DNA from: the human T2T-CHM13v2.0 reference genome, Homo sapiens
Assembly: GCF_009914755.1 (NCBI RefSeq)
Contig: NC_060948.1
DNA: 64,000 bases
Direction: 5' to 3' (one strand)
A program made the position numbers and the translations under genes. The notes under the pieces were generated by a model, which did not search any database, was not told the origin of the DNA, and saw only the letters and a program-made list of their open reading frames with translations. Position 1 is the stretch's first letter. Every line of letters starts with the position of its first letter. Positions 60,217-64,000 of this stretch are shown one piece after another.

Positions 60217-62321
60217 AGATCCATATTTTTTAAATGAAAAAAAATTTCAAAGGTACTCTGCTTGGTACAATAATCAAATGTATAAACTGAGGAATAAAAC
60301 ATAACCATGAAACCTACTTATAACTGCATATGGAAAATACAGAGGATAATTTTTTAAATAACATATTTTGAAAGCCTTAACTAGTAATTTGAAGAGTTGG
60401 CATTTGAAAGGCCAGTATGAATATACCTTCAAAGCAGCAACACAGGTTCCCCATGAGAAAAAGCAAACACAGGGAAAATAAAAACACAAAGGTTCAATCT
60501 CTTCTGACCTTTGAAAGACACAGCACAGACAGTGGTCCTTAGGACGAAGAGCAGGAGACCCCTAATTCCGTCACCATGGCGATACGGCATAAACATTGCT
60601 GGGTGAGGGCACAATCCACATTGTGAGGTCCAACTGCTGCCAGGAAGACAGGAGTGCTTTTACATAGACCGAAAGGTCATTGAAGGCTCAGAGTTTTGTT
60701 TCAAGAACTGAATCCCAAGCCCACACGTTATTAGGCTGCGCTTCTTAAAACAAGTTTTGAGATGGGAAAAAGGGCACCCACAAACATATGTATACATTAT
60801 GTATATAATAATATACAGTATCATATATATAATATATATAACCTATGTATAATATTGTTTTACATCCTGCATCTTATGTTATATATATTGTATAAAATAT
60901 AATAATTGATAATATATAAGTTTTATAATTATACAATATGATATATAGTATATATTATAATTTATGACATATATAATATATGTTATATGTCACATATAGA
61001 ATATATTATACGGTTAATATACGTATTAAATATAAATTATACATTATATATATTATATATAATATATCTGTTATATATAATACCCATTATGCATAATATA
61101 TATATTATGTCTATGTTATATATAGTATAAAACAACATATAATAATATATAATTGTATATATAAAATGCGACATATAATATATATTATATTTTATAACAT
61201 ATGTAATATATATTATATATTATATATAATACGTTGTATGTATAATACCTATATTAAATATATATTATATGACTATGATATTAATTACATGTCACATGTG
61301 TTATATATTATATATTTTACATAGAATATACCGGTTACATACAATATATACTATGTTACCTATAATGTATAATTTATTACATGTAAAATAAAGAATGCAA
61401 TATATTATGTATAATTTATAATATACCATATGTGGAATGTGATATATATAACATATAATATATGATATATGATGTACAGTATATGATATATAACATACAA
61501 TATATGATTCCTAATATATATGGTATACAATATATATTTTATGATATGTATTCTATATGTTTTATATTCTGTTATATATAACTATTTGAAATTATATATA
61601 ACTGTATAATATTTTATGTAAATATGTAATATAATATATATAACTATATAATATATTATATATAACTATATATTATGTTATATATACTTTTATAACATAA
61701 TTTACATAAAATATCATAATATAATATATATTATATTATTTCATATTACGTAATATATATTACATATCACCCAATATAACTAACATACATAATATTATAA
61801 TATACATTATATTATGTTATATTAAATATCATATATATCATGTATCATATATTCTATAATATATATTACACATTATATAATATGTATGTTGTCTATTATG
61901 TGATATATATAACTATATATATAATTATATTTTTATACATATAACTAGATAAACATGTAATTCTACATATTTTCATTTATAATATGTAGAATTATATAAT
62001 CATATATAATTATTTATATTCTATAAAAAATTTTATCATTATATAAATTATAATATATAAAAATTATAATATGTACTACAAATATATATATTATATATCA
62101 TATATGATATAGTACCTTTGTTATATATCATAATACATATAAATGTGTATTATGTTATCTATAATTATATAATTTCATATATAAGATGTATAATATGTAT
62201 CATATATTATATATGTTATGTAATATATATAGTATATATAAGATGACACAGGATAAATATTATATACTATGACATATAAAATATATGAGGTTATATGTTA
62301 CATATAAGGCATAGCACATAA

Positions 62322-62636
<315 letters not shown>

Positions 62637-64000
62637 AGATCCATATTTTTTAAATGAAAAAAAATTTCAAAGGTACTCTGCTTGGTAGAATAATGAAATG
62701 TATAAACTGAGGAATAAAACATAACCATGAAACCTACTTATAACTGCATATGGAAAATACAGAGGATAATTTTTTAAATAACATATTTTGAAAGCCTTAA
62801 CTAGTAATTTGCAGAGTTGGCATTTGAAAGGCCAGTATGAATATACCTTCAAAGCAGCAACACAGGTTCCCCATGAGAAAAAGCAAACACAGGGAAAATA
62901 AAAACACAAAGGTTCAATCTCTTCTGACCTTTGAAAGACACAGCACAGACAGTGGTCCTTAGGACGAAGAGCAGGAGACCCCTAATTCCGTCACCATGGC
63001 GATACGGCATAAACATTGCTGGGTGAGGGCACAATCCACATTGTGAGGTCCAACTGCTGCCAGGAAGACAGGAGTGCTTTTACATAGACCGAAAGGTCAT
63101 TGAAGGCTCAGAGTTTTGTTTCAAGAACTGAATCCCAAGCCCACACGTTATTAGGCTGCGCTTCTTAAAACAAGTTATGAGATGGGAAAAAGGGCACCCA
63201 CAAACATACGTATACATTATGTATATAATAATATACAGTATCATATATATAATATATATAACCTATGTATAATATTGTTTTACATCCTGCATCTTATGTT
63301 ATATATATTGTATAAAATATAATAATTGATAATATATAAGTTTTATAATTATACAATATGACATATAGTATATATTATAATTTATGTCATATATAATATA
63401 TGTTATATATCATATATAGAATATATTATACGGTTAATATACGTATTAAATATAAATTATACATTATATATATTATATATAATATATCTGTTATATATAA
63501 TACCCATTATGCATAATATATATATTATGTCTATGTTATATATAGTATAAAACAACATATAATAATATATAATTGTATATATAAAATGCGACATATAATA
63601 TATATTATATTTTATAACATATGTAATATGTATTATATATAATATGTTGTATGTATAATACCTATATTAAATATATATTATATGACTATGTTATTAATTA
63701 CATGTCACATGTGTTATATATTATATATTTTACATAGAATATACCGTTTACATACAATATATACTATGTTATCTATAATGTATAATTTATTACATGTAAA
63801 ATAAAGAATGCAATATATTATGTAAAATTTATAATATACAATATGTGGAATGTGATATATATCACATATAATATATGATATATGATATACAGTATATGAT
63901 ATATAACATACAATATATGATTCCTAATATATATGGTATACAATATATATTTTATGATATGTATTCTATATGTTTTATATTCTGTTATATTTAACTATTT

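Overview
The whole 64 kb is one uninterrupted head-to-tail tandem array of a ~2,420-bp unit: 26 complete units plus a 1.1-kb partial. Unit starts are 1, 2419, 4839, 7259, 9677, 12096, 14515, 16935, 19355, 21775, 24195, 26615, 29035, 31455, 33874, 36294, 38714, 41134, 43548, 45968, 48386, 50806, 53226, 55644, 58064, 60483 and 62903; lengths are 2414-2420 bp. Each unit has three parts: a ~570-bp mixed-sequence segment (HSATI-like), a ~1.56-kb degenerate (TA)-rich block, and a diverged ~290-bp Alu on the minus strand. This architecture, and a predicted 2,146-bp HaeIII fragment, match the human DYZ2/HSat1B satellite, most likely from Yq12 heterochromatin. I see no credible protein-coding gene, RNA gene or CRISPR array, and the recurrent ORFs are by-products of the repeat. 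The information lies in unit-to-unit variants: haplotype blocks, an apparently perfect one-unit duplication, chimeric units and a recurrent three-unit (~7.26 kb) spacing. Two speculative per-unit signals are also flagged: a spliceable mini-gene layout and a cluster of nuclear-receptor/TCF motifs. All variant calls were made by eye and need alignment to confirm.
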